DNA from: Tubulanus polymorphus
Taxonomy: Eukaryota; Animalia; Nemertea
NCBI RefSeq assembly: GCF_964204645.1
Contig: NC_134029.1
Location: 1-64,000, forward strand
Direction of reading: 5' to 3'
Length of the DNA stretch: 64,000 nt
Below, in pieces: positions 23,161-35,744 of the stretch. Every line of letters starts with the position of its first letter. Position 1 is the first letter of the stretch. Both the position numbers and the translations under genes were made by a program. A model generated the notes under the pieces. The model had not been told where the DNA came from and searched no databases. It saw only the letters and a list, made by a program, of their open reading frames with translations.

Positions 23161-26100
23161 ATGGAAGGGTTTATGACAATTTTATTACTGATGTGTGCGA
23201 CTGTGCACTCGATGCCTCAACCGGACAGTGGTAAGTGACCGGACCCCCTCACTCATCTCCCCCTCACTCATCTCAACCGGACAGTGGTGACCGGACCCCC
23301 TCACTCATCTCCCCCCTCACTTATCTCAACCGGACAGTGGTAAGTGACCGGACCCCCTCACTCATCTCCCCCCCCCCCACTCATCTCAACCCGACACTGA
23401 GCGGTAAGTGACCGCCCCTCCCCCATCGCACCCGGACAGTGGTTAATTGCCCCCCTCTGATCCTCATTGTGATGTTATATACAGCTATGGAGTTCAGCAG
23501 TATTTCTGTATAATTACACAGAAATTATCAACAATATGAAACCGTAATTACAGTTGTGTAACCAGTAATTAGTGCAGACATTAGTAATTATTATATACTT
23601 CAAATATTTATTCAAAAAATGTTAAAAATGTGACACACATTTATACAATGTGTCAGACATTGTGTATATGAAGACATTGTATTGTAATTGATTCTTTCAC
23701 AAAAATTGTTGATTTAATTTTTCAGTTTTTATTACTCGCACGAATCAGGGATTGATGGGACAGGTGTTTGTATATGACAGTAGAAATCCGCGTAAACTAT
23801 ATCCGGTCTGTAGCGAGGCTTTCGAACAGGAGGCAGCCGACATCTTCTGCGGTAAATACACACAAAACAGTGACGTCACCGCTATAATTCTCCACGGCGA
23901 CGGGATTACTTACAACAATGAAAATGATGACATCGAAACGTCGGCACGGGTTGTGGTTTATTCGCATTCAGTACGGTATTTGGACTGTTTTGAGTCCAAG
24001 ACGTTGATGCAGTGTGATTTTGATGTAGTGAATGAATATTGCGGTAGAAGTGCCGGACACACGAATTTATACGCGCACGTTTTATGTTTAAATCGTAATA
24101 TTTCTGAAACTGATTTAGGTAGGTTTATAATACACAGCTATAGCACGTGTATCACTGTTATCTTCACTTGATCCGCCGCCGTTTTGTATAAAAACATGTT
24201 ATATTTACTGAACAATCATCTGTAAGTAGAAAGTAAATACATCATAAAACCACATAAAACCATATAAACAGAACAGAACAAAACAGAACAGAACACTGTG
24301 TGTTTGTGGTGAGGACCGGACACGTCATGTCACAGTCCAAGCTCCGTTTTACCGCCATAGCTCGTCCCCCTCCCCTCCAGAAACTACCCTCAGAAATCAG
24401 AACCACAGTTCGACTCGGACCTATCACTTCAATTCTTATCACATCAACCCCCTCCAGCGCTCTCACCCACTTCACCCACTCTCACCCACTCTCTCCCACT
24501 CTCTCCCACTCTCACCCACCTCACCCACTCTCTCCCACTCTCATCCACTCTCCTCCACTCACGTATTCCTACTATTCCGACGCAGTGGCATAAGATAAAT
24601 ATAAACATTATCTTTATCTCTACCTGTAACAGAAATATATACCAAGCGGCTACATAAATACAGGTTCAGTTAGTTAAAGAGATTACATAGTCTGTATGTG
24701 AGTGCTGTGTATATAAGACAGGTCTTTATTGTGTAAATACGATAAAAATAAACCCCTAAAACCGTCAATAAAACAGCATAACACAACAAACGTAAACTCA
24801 AATTCCTTTTGTTATCAATGGAAAAAAAGTTAAATCTACATTTTGTTTTTATACTTCAAGGTTTGAAAATTTCGCTGGATAAATCAGAAACTGGAGCGTC
24901 AGATAACTGGGGTAAACTGATTGTCAGCCATCTTGGAATTCGGGGCGAATTTTGTACGGATAAACTGATTCCCGATCAGATCGCTAATGTGACCTGTCGA
25001 CAACTTAACTACACAGGGGGCGCTGCACTCGCTGTTAAATCACGGCCTCGATCTGGTATAGATCGGTTTCGATTTACAGCGGGAAGTTTAGACTGTAACG
25101 GACACGAGAGGGCGCTGTCTGACTGCACCCAGTCCAGGGGTCAGTGGCCATTTGAAGCTGGAACCGAAATCTGTAATAATGACAACAATAAACTGATTAG
25201 TTACGGCGCTGTTTGTTACCAGGGGCAACGTCATAGTATGTATTACATTATCAGGATCTGTGGATTCAGTTCCACAGTTCTGGATCCAGTTCTAAAGTTC
25301 TGAACCCAGTTCCACAGTTCAATGAATGTTACTAATGATTTCAGATGAGTTTGAGTTAAGATTGAGAGATGGTCCCTCTCACTGGTCGGGACGGTTAGAA
25401 ATGTTCTATAACCGGAAGTGGGGAACTTTCTGTGATTTAAACAGTAAAACTGATCGTCTGAAGCCCCGATCTGGTTTCGCCGAAACTGCCTGTCGTCTGC
25501 TGGGATACAGATCCGGATTCGGAGTCGGGCATTCGTTATTCGGAAGAGGCACCGGACCTATTTTGATGGAAACGCGCACTTGCAACTCAGCGGATACATC
25601 TCTCTTGACTTGTACAGATTTTGCCAGTAATTGGAATGACGTCACGATGGAATGTAGGACCAAACGATTAGAACTTGGTGTCGTTTGTTACAAAAACGGT
25701 TTGTATTCAAATTCAAATTTAAACTCCTAAATCGATGTTACTGTTCTATTATTTCACCTTCAGGTCATATGTACTGTAATGTAAGTGTATGATAAGTATG
25801 TGTCTGATAATATCGTTTTGATATTTGAGATTTTACAACATTTTCGTCACAGTTCGTTTGAGATCTCATCGCGCGGTGAACGCTATATCGTATATGCGAC
25901 AGTACGGTCACGTGGAACAATGGGTTAATAACGAATGGCGATCGATATGCTCACGTGGTTGGGATAAAGATGACGCGTTGGTCACGTGTCGTGAACTCGG
26001 GTTTAGAACTGGTTCAGTCGTACCTCAACAATACTTCTCATCAATGCAGGATTTACCAGTCGAGAGTAAGAATAAATAAATAAATCCTCGCCTGTTTAAA

Positions 26101-28051
26101 TCAGGAATTGAATACCAAGAAAAAACAAGGAAAACATTATATGAAATTCTATATAATTAATTGTATGTATTCTGGTTATATTCTGGTTGTATTCTGGGTT
26201 ATATTCTGGTTTGTATTCTGGATTGTATTCTGGGTTGTATTCTGATTGTATTCTGGGCTGTATTCTGGGTTATATTCTGGGCTGTATTCTGGGTTATATT
26301 CTGGTTGTATTCTGATTGTATTCTTGGTTATATTCTGGGTTGTATTCTGGGTTATATTCTGGTTGTATTCTGATTGTATTCTGGGTTATATTCTGGGCTG
26401 TATTCTGATTGTAGATATGTTATTGTCGGGTGTGAAATGTAGCGGTTATGAGAAGTCATTGTCTGAATGTTCGTATGATTTAGTGAAACAATGCGATGAC
26501 GATTCTTTAGCATTCGTTGTCTGTAGCAACGATACAGGTGAAAATGGTAAATATACGATTATATCATCCAATCAGAGACGAGCTACAGAGACTCACGTCC
26601 AGGTGTTCTGTGTGTTTGTATTTTACAGGTTTATCTCTGTTATTGGTCGATACAAATAAAACTGAGTCACATCGAGGTAAAATCGGGCACCTGCTCGTTA
26701 CTGTAAATAATCGACAGGGATATATCTGCCCGACAATGTGGGACGATACAGCCGCCAGCGCCGCCTGTCGGTCGTTGAATTATGCAGGGGGCGTGGCAGT
26801 GAAGATGGATATTTATCCAGCCGGTTCGAGGAGTTACATTATATCGGATGTAGATTGTAGTAGATCTAGTGATGCTGGATTCAGAGGATGTGATTATACT
26901 GATAATCCTCCTCCGAGTTGTAACCAATACGAACCGGCAGCAGCTCACTGTTACACACGTCTACACGGTAAGGATCATACTGACGTCATCGCCGTATCGG
27001 CCAATTAAATGCCTCAATTCTCTGCGATTTGATTTTATAGATTTATTTGAGTTTTCGATTGACAATGAAGAGAAAAGCGATGAGATAGCAGCGCCACCTT
27101 ACGGTCGGGTGATGTTAACATATAGAGGTCTGACGGGTTCATTGGCCTCGTTAAACATCGATCAGTCGTATCTCAATGAATTAGCTGATAGTATCTGTAA
27201 ACAGATCGGTGGCTTCACTACTGGGGAAATAAAAACTACAGTTCATAGTTACCCGAATGAAGGCCCAGTTTGGATGATCCCAAAAAATATAAAACAATGC
27301 AGGAAATCGAATAACTCTGCATATGACGCGCTTAAAACATGCGCTTATTATATTAGTACTGATGACAACTACCAGAGGGCGGCACATCAACATGACGTCA
27401 CAATATCCTGTCATAGAAATGGTAGGTGGAATCAATATGGCTGCCAGGCGTCCTTTAGGTTTAAAACCTAGTTATAATATGATTGTATGTATTTGTAGTT
27501 CGACTGTATCAGAGCCAGGGATTATCCTATAAACCATACGGATTATTACAAGTGTATGAAACACGTCTGGCGCAGCCTGGATGGATGCCTGTTTGTTTAG
27601 ATTACACGTGGTCTTCAAAACAATTAGCCGCCGTTTGTTCCATATTAGGACGACCGTTCGGTGCCCTCATTGAACAGTTACCCCATCTGTTGGCGACTGT
27701 ACATACTAATTCATCGTCTGCCACCGATTTGAGATGTGCTGATACTGAATGTTTGTTTAAAACAGTGGAACGATGTTATCAGTTTGTGTTTCTCAGATGT
27801 TCGCCTAGTGCGCGTAAGTTATACATAGTGACGCCCCCTGGTGGCACTCACCTTAACAATCATTGTTGTCTAATATCATTATTCGTTTTATAGATTTCGA
27901 AGAAAATCCCTGGGCACCAGTCCAAATAGAGGATAAAACCTGGAAACCAGTCCTTATTGAATACTCCACGATGAATGTTTCCTCTGCCGGTCAGAAATCT
28001 AGAAACTGCGGCGTCGTTTTTCTGACACTGATTTTGATTCTGCTGATTTGA
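23161..28051 (+). CDS. Secreted multi-SRCR (scavenger receptor cysteine-rich, DMBT1-like) protein, about 7 divergent domains, probable GPI anchor
   Basis: Signal peptide MEGFMTILLLMCATVHS; ten exons joined in phase 1; SRCR motifs LRLRDGPSHWSGRLEMFYNRKWGTFCD, WRSICSRGWDKDDALVTCRELGF, ICPTMWDDTAASAACRSLNY; ends SSAG...CGVVFLTLILILLI* with no cytoplasmic tail. Confidence 0.88.
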
Positions 28052-28929
28052 ATATTTTGTTACTTTGTATTAAATTGAATCAAATATTGAAATAAAAAGC
28101 GCTATTTTCATTATAAAACTTTGTTTTAAATGAACTGAATGATCTCGAGAACCTGGAGCCATGGCTGGGGCCGGGTCACCACATCAAACCTGCACTGCTG
28201 CTCAGGCGTGAGTCCCACAAACCGGGCCTCCGACACTGTACGGTAATGATACAGGAACTGTATCCTTCGGTGGAGTGACCTAGACTGGACTCTATACTGG
28301 ACTGCTGCCAACCGGCAGACCTACTACGTGAGAGTCACGCGAATTGATTCATCGATGCAATGAAAAAGTTGATAAAACTGCTTCTTCTTTCAAAAAGAGA
28401 CTATCAATCTATAATTATTGGAAATCAGTTCAGCGTACACTTAGTTCAGACCCCGGCGACGGGCCAACTAGCATAAAGGCACCTCCAGTCCAGACACTAA
28501 ACAATCTTTTAACGCATCTTCCGCAACCGCCAGTGTAATACCTTTCATTTTAATCTTATGAGTGATACCCGGGATGCATGGTCACGCCTCGCTGCACACC
28601 GACGCCCGCCGAAAGAGAGCTCGTAAGAATTACCGTTTGCTAGCGCCATCTATGGTGGGGAGAAAGAGACCATCTCTTGGCGCCATCTGTGAGACGAATC
28701 CTAAAACAAAATGATGCATGAAATTTCTCTCTAAAACTTCGATAAGATTCATTAGAGCATAATAAGATAACTACATGTACATCGCTTCCGAACTTGAGAA
28801 ATCTTACTAATACGGAAACGGACCGGCTACTGGCGCCATCTAGGACGTGTGTTAACCGGCAGAAAGGCAAAAAGGTCATGTGGAGCTAATGTTTATTGTT
28901 GGTTTTTTTTTTGTTGATGATGTAAATTA

Positions 28930-31900
28930 ATGATGCTGGGCCGAGGTGTGAAGTATCAATTCAGCGCTGGAGAATGTGTTTTATGTTTCGAACCAGATTC
29001 TTCTAAAGCTCGTGTTTTATACGAGGCAAAGGTAAAAACATCAACGACAACCGACCCTATCCTCCCCGAGTCCCGACCCTCTCCTCTCAACTCCCCGAGT
29101 CCCGACCCTATCCTCTCAACTCCCCGAGTCCCGACCCTATCCTCCCCGAGTCCCGACCCTCTCCTCTAAACTCCCCGAGTCCCGACCCTCTCCTCTCAAC
29201 TCCCTGCTGAGTCTGACCCCTCCTCTCAACTCCCCGAGTCCCGACCCTCTCAACTCCCCAGTCGACCTAATTACTCATAGTAACAGATCGATGTTTGATA
29301 GGTATTGGAAACTAGTATCGGTAAAGACGAATCTGGTAAAAGAATCCCTGAATATTTGATTCATTTTCAAGGTTGGAATAACAGGTATGAAATAAAACCG
29401 ATGAAGTATCTGCTGATCGAGTATATGTTTGTCTGATAGAGTCGTGTATTGTTTCAGTTGGGATCGTGTTGTAGGTGAATACCTTGTATTAAAACATTCC
29501 GTAGAAAATCAACTATTAATGAAAAAAATTACATCAGTCGTAAGAAAAGTGTAAGTATCATCCTGCCTCCCCTCGTTTAAAGTGGACCCGGTCTGCCTGC
29601 CACCCCCTCAGTTAAATGGGTCTCGTCTTATTTGTTGTTACTTTTTTCAGACGCGGAAATAAAAATCGAATCAAGAAAATAAATTCGATATTGAAACACA
29701 CTTTACCAGCGGATAATAAAATAATGACAGCTGTAGCCGGGGGTGATGAGGAAGATGATGAGAGTAGCGAAGAGGAGGAAACTGATGATGATACTGATAC
29801 AGATATAGAGTTAAATACTATGAGAACTAACAGCACTAGCGATGAGGTAAATTCTTACAGATCAAGCAATTCCGGATTTACTGACGACGATCTGGGGATT
29901 CTGACTGTTGCTTGAAAAGTGGGAATTTTAATATTGGAAGCTGAGGATATTTAATAATTTAATAAGAATTTGAGTTTTTGGTGTCTTGGTAAAGAACGGT
30001 ATGAGGAATGTCTTTATTAATAACAGCCTCCATTTATAAGGGTTAGGGCAATATCAGTTTATGATATTGAATTCCCGAACCTGTAAGAAGTGTTAAATCA
30101 GTAGATAGAGTATAATGATGGATTGTATTGTTTGTAGGGTGATGCCGGTGCCTCTCATGAGACTCACAGTTCTAATGATGGATTGTATTGTTTGTAGGGT
30201 GATGCTGGTGCCTCTCATGAGACTCGCAGTTCTAATGATGGATTGTATTGTTTGTAGGGTGATGCCGGTGCCTCTCATGAGACTCGCAGTTCTAATGATG
30301 GATTGTATTGTTTGTAGGGTGATGCCGGTGCCTCTCATGAGACTCGCAGTTCTAATGATGGATTGTATTGTTTGTAGGGTGATGCCGGTGCCTCTCATGA
30401 GACTCGCAGTTCTAATGATGGATTGTATTGTTTGTAGGGTGATGCTGGTGCCTCTCATGAGACTCACAGTTCTAATGATGGATTGTATTGTTTGTAGGGT
30501 GATGCCGGTGCCTCTCATGAGACTCGCAGTTCTAATGATGGATTGTATTGTTTGTAGGGTGATGCCGGTGCCTCTCATGAGACTCGCAGTTCTAATGATG
30601 GATTGTATTGTTTGTAGGGTGATGCCGGTGCCTCTCATGAGACTCGCAGTTCTAATGATGGATTGTATTGTTTGTAGGGTGATGCCGGTGCCTCTCATGA
30701 GACTCGCAGTTCTAATGATGGATTGTATTGTTTGTAGGGTGATGCTGGTGCCTCTCATGAGACTCACAGTTCTAATGATGGATTGTATTGTTTGTAGGGT
30801 GATGCTGGTGCCTCTCATGAGACTCGCAGTTCTAATGATGGATTGTATTGTTTGTAGGGTGATGCTGGTGCCTCTCATGAGACTCACAGTTCCAGCAGTT
30901 CAGACGATTCACCAACTTTTACTCTCAATATTCCATCAGCTTTGAAAAAAGTTCTAGATGAAGATTTCGTAAAAATACAAAAACAAAAACAGGTAAAACT
31001 TAGGAGTTTATAATAACTGACACTAGAGGTCACTATAGATTAGTTGTAAATACTGACACTAGGTGTCGCTGTGTTTTATAGATAATCCACCTCCCGCAAC
31101 AGAATAACGTTATCACGATATTAGAAAGTTACGCTAAAGATTACGCCATTAATACGATTGTATCGACTGGAGATAGGGGGCGCTTGCATCGAGAAAATAA
31201 TCAACAAACGCAAAGAAAGTAAGTGAACTTTTTTATCACCAGGGGGCAGTTGCACAGTCGTGACTTAAGTCCAAAAGTGGTCTTAAATCTGAAGACTGGT
31301 CTTAAGTTGTTAGATTAGCTATAGAACTAAGTTGGTCTTAGACTGGTCTTAAGTCTAAGCCATGACTATGCAACCGGCCCCTGGACACAGTTCCGAGTTA
31401 AGATTTAACTCTCGCAACTGTGCAACTGGGTCCTCTATATTTCAGTATAACCCTGTATAATTGACACCTCTATATTTCAGTATAACCCTGTATAATTCAC
31501 CTCTATATTTCAGTATAACCCTGTATAATTCACCTCTATATTTCAGTATAACCCTGTATAATTCACCTCTATATTTCAGTATAACCCTGTATAATTCACC
31601 TCTATATTTCAGTATAACCCTGTGTAATTCACCTCTATATTTCAGTATAACCCTGTGTAATGAGGTTATGGATGGTTTACGGATTCTATTCGATTTCTTG
31701 TTGCCTACAAATTTATTATATAACCCAGAGCGACCTCAATATGAAAACATCATCAATGAGTTTAAACCGAAATTGATTAAACGAGAAATGTAAGTAATAA
31801 CACCGGTCACTTCACATCAGTAAAAACACCGGTCACTTCTCATCAGTAAAAACACCGGTCACTTCTCATCAGTAAAAACACCGGTCACTTCTCATCAGTA

Positions 31901-33529
31901 AAAACACCGGTCACTTTACATCAGTAAAAACACCGGTCACTTCACATCAGTAAAAACACCGGTCACTTCTAATCAGTAAAAACACCGGTCACTTCACATC
32001 AGTAAAAACACCGGTCACTTCTAATCAGTAAAAACACCGGTCACTTCACATCAGTAAAAACACCGGTCACTTCACATCAGTGAAAACACCGGTCACTTCA
32101 CATCAGTAAAAACACCGGTCACTTCTCATCAGTAAAAACACCGGTCACTTCTCATCAGTAAAAACACCGGTCACTTCACATCAGTGAAAACACCGGTCAC
32201 TTCACATCAGTAAAAACACCGGTCACTTCTCATCAGTAAAAACACCGGTCACTTCTCATCAGTAAAAACACCGGTCACTTCACATCAGTAAAAACACCGG
32301 TCACTTCTCATCAGTAAAAACACCGGTCACTTCACATCAGTAAAAACACCGGTCACTTCACATCAGTAAAACACCGGTCACTTCTCATCAGTAAAAACAC
32401 CGGTCACTTCTCATCAGTAAAAACACCGGTCACTTCACATCAGTAAAAACACCGGTCACTTCACATCAGTAAAACACCGGTCACTTCACATCAATTCTGA
32501 GTAGCTATCTGAATTATTATTGATGTTTCTATATTTGTAGTAGTGGAGTATCAGAATGTGAGGCTGACCTCACTGGAACTCTCCTCTCACCTCCATCGAC
32601 CTCCTCACCTCGTCAATCTAGATCTCGTACGGCAGCAGCTGCTAAAAACTACACCCCGGCAACAGTTACTACGGAAACCAAAACAACTCCGAAACATCGC
32701 GGTCAGAAACGTGACTACGATCTGACGGGACTCCGAGAGTCGTCGGAGTCATCAGAGACTCCGGTTAAAAGAGTCACTCGTCAATCTGAGAAAAACCGGT
32801 CCCCGGGAGAGGAGTCGATCGCGATACCGGTGGCTCCGTCTAGCGGGTATAAACGTACTAAACCTGTAGCGGTAGCCGAGAGAGTTAGTCGCAGAGTGAA
32901 TAAACCGGTTACTATAACAACGGCTACAACAATCGTATCGGATAGTTCTACTACAACTACAGTAATCACTGATAAACCTGTAGAACACTCAGCTGCCGCA
33001 GGTGGATCATCATCATTAAAAACAGGAATTAATGATATATTAGACTGGAAACTTATACCAGACGAGGTTTACAGTTATACACCAGCGCCACCTACACTTA
33101 TATACGGAACTCAACATTTACTCAGATTATTCGGTAAATATCACTCTCCCCCTCATCCCTGTACACTCCCCATTACTCCCCCTCACCTTGTGTCCTCCCT
33201 GTACGCTCCCCATTACTCCACTCACCTTGTATCCCCCTCCTCCCTGTACTCCCCCTCACCTTGTATCCCCCCTTCAGCTGAGAAACTGGATCTATATCTA
33301 TTTCAGTTAAACTCCCCGATGTCATCTCAATGATGAATATTCCTCACAACAAACGTAAAGTTTTACTCTCACATTTTGAACAGTTACTCGAGTAAGTATT
33401 GGTTCGTTCTTCTCTCATTAGGGGGCGATGTAATCGACTGCCGACTCAGTTTATTGTCTCTATGTTTTCAGTTATATCTCGGAGCATCGTGAGGAGTTAC
33501 TGCATAAATCAGCTTATATCAGTCAGTAG
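28930..33529 (+). CDS. MSL3: Male-specific lethal 3 homolog (chromo-barrel + MRG domain)
   Basis: [22 protein letters not shown]...[17 protein letters not shown] chromo-barrel; MRG segments [55 protein letters not shown]; stop at 33527-33529. Confidence 0.95.
30113..30892 (+). repeat. 60-bp x13 array containing the intron acceptor plus exon start (MSL3)
   Basis: Unit GATTGTATTGTTTGTAG|GGTGATGCYGGTGCCTCTCATGAGACTCRCAGTTCTAATGATG. Confidence 0.97.
31239..31384. mobile_element. MITE-like element with about 30-bp imperfect TIRs (MSL3 intron)
   Basis: CCAGGGGGCAGTTGCACAGTCGTGACTTA ... TAAGCCATGACTATGCAACCGGCCCCTGG; no TSD seen. Confidence 0.7.
31432..31661 (+). repeat. 33-bp x7 array containing the acceptor plus exon start (MSL3)
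   Basis: Unit CCTCTATATTTCAG|TATAACCCTGTRTAATTCA. Confidence 0.95.
31798..32492. repeat. 26-bp minisatellite (MSL3 intron)
   Basis: Unit AACACCGGTCACTTCWCATCAGTAAA. Confidence 0.97.
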
Positions 33530-34690
33530 AAACAAACACTTCCAACAACCATCGAGACCCTTCCAATAGGTGGCATTACTCAATCGGAGACCCTTCCAAT
33601 AGGTGGCATTACTCAATAAAAACCCTTCCAATAGGTGGCATTACTCAATCAGACCCTTTTACGAGGGTGCATTACTCAACAAGAATTGCATTTAATACAA
33701 CAATGTAAATATGACTGGAGTTATACTTGTCTAATGATTATAATTATAATGAAGTGTTTATTTCTATTTAATTAATTATTTTTGGCTTTGTGTCAATATT
33801 TAATGCTTCAATAAATGGAAAAAATAAAAATACATTTAATGTTTTATTATTATTGCAAGGAGTCCAGGAATCTGGTTTTAGTGGTAACCACCTGTACATG
33901 GTTTATACAAATACGGTGAATAGTGTGGAATATTAACACAATGACTCATCACCATAATTACCTCCTTCATAGATACTGACTGATCCTACAGGCTTCACTT
34001 ATCTTACCAATCAATAGCCATCTCGATCGGTCTTGTGCTGCCCCCTACGTCCAAGTACAAAGAACGCACAATAAAACTGACATAATAATCGCTTGCCACA
34101 TCCTGGTTCTAGTGGTAACCGTTAGATCGGCTTAAACGTAATCCTGGTTCTAGTGGTAACCTTGAAGATCGACTTATATGAAATCCTGGTTGTAGTGATA
34201 ACCTGTAAGATCAGCCAACAACAAATAAAACTAATATTTGATGAATTTGTGATTAATACTAACAAAATTCTATAATGGCTTTATTCATTAAATTGATTTT
34301 ACAGAAATAAATGATACAATATTAGTTCATAATACTGATTAGGTTAAAATTATTTACAGGAATCAGCAGATATTAATGGCAGTATTTCAAGGGGAAGGTT
34401 AGCAGAGATATTATATTTATCAGATACCCAGGTTTTATAATAAAACCTCAAATTCTATTCTCTATTCTGAACTGTGGGTTATAAATCTGATAAATACAGA
34501 TAATCTATTTCTGCTAGTAATACATGTATATATTGCAATTACCCAAAAAATCTCACAACAAAAACCCAAAATAGATCTGAACAAACCCTACCCAAATGTG
34601 ACGCTAACACAGCCCGAGACAAACTGTCTATACACCCCGAGACACACAGACACCCCCTTGTTAGTCCGCAGTCCTAGTTAGTCCGCAGTC

Positions 34691-35744
34691 CTAGTTAAAC
34701 TCCTTCAGATTATTATTTGCCTGACAATCAGCATTCGGACAACACTCAAGGTCCATTAGATGTATCAAGTTTGGATGCTCCAAACAAACCAATCTTAATC
34801 TGCCTTTAAAACAATGGCCGCATGCTTGACATAAAACACTCTTTATTGGACGATTGCAGCTACATCGGTCAACCACTGCACCTGCTGTTTCCATAGTAAC
34901 CATCGACGTCCCGTCTTTATTATTGCTGTTATTGTTGTTTTCGTCACTGATGGATTTCAGTCGACCCTGAAACATTTACAAACACACAATTAATACAAAC
35001 ATTATCCCAACCAGGCCCTTATCAGACAGAGGACGGCCAGGTCCTCATCAGACAGAGGACGGCCAGGTCCTTAATCAGAGAGAGGACGGCCAGGTCCTCA
35101 TCAGACAGAGGATGGCCAGGTCCTTTATCAGACAGAGGACGGCCAGGTCCTCATCAGACAGAGGACGGCCAGGTCCTTTATCAGAGAGAGGACAGCCAGG
35201 TCCTCATCAGACAGAGGACGGCCAGGTCCTCATCAGACAGAGGACAGCCAGGTCCTCATCAGACAGAGGACGGCCAGGTTTTTAGGAGGTCAGCAGAGAG
35301 AATAGTTAGTTATCTAATCAGTAATCGTTGGTGGTAAGCTTTGTGGTTTGTGAATATATGCGATCATCCAACTAAACCACTGACAGGTTACAAACACAGC
35401 CAGGTCATCATCGGACAGGACAGCCAGGCACTCGTCGGCCGGGCGCTTTTTAGGTGGTCAGCAGAGAAGGGACCAGGCATAGAAGGCCGGGGGCGGACCT
35501 GGTGAGTGCACAGGGGCTCGTCACAATTTGATAATGAATGGATGATACCAGTATCCCTGTATAAAAAAGATTCTTTTTTATACAGGGATACTGGTATCAT
35601 CCATTCATCATTATAAAATTGTGACAAGCCCCTGTGAGTGAGTGAGTTCGGGAGAGATCTTACCGGTGAGCGCTGAGTTGAGCTGCTGCTGCTGCTATAC
35701 ATCTTAGCCAAAATACCGCGACCTCGTCCAGTGCTGAAACTCAT
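34691..35744 (-). CDS. 118-aa protein with N-terminal GRGRG and C-terminal Cys/His cluster (resembles Drosophila CG13380 family); exons 35744-35664 and 34966-34691
   Basis: Phase-0 join SP|GRLK; motif CSC...CQACG.CFKGRLRLVCLEHP....LMDLECCPNADC suggests zinc binding. The family name is from recall. Confidence 0.7.
35011..35279. repeat. 26-bp minisatellite (intron)
   Basis: Unit CCAGGTCCTCATCAGACAGAGGACGG. Confidence 0.95.
35511..35634. mobile_element. 124-bp palindromic MITE, hAT-like
   Basis: CAGGGGCT...AGCCCCTG, near-perfect hairpin along its whole length; flanks TGAGTGCA/TGAGTGAG resemble an 8-bp TSD (6/8). Confidence 0.75.

Noticed and set aside
30093-30945. Long repetitive ORFs (also 12009-12683, 38113-38700, 42628-42978, 55839-57455) as proteins
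   Set aside because: They arise from stop-free satellite frames inside introns of identified genes, and their phase does not fit the flanking exons.
35011-35279. Hammerhead ribozyme cores (CTGATGAG) here and in the 46896-47385 array
   Set aside because: No GAAA after a stem II and no stem I/III pairing.
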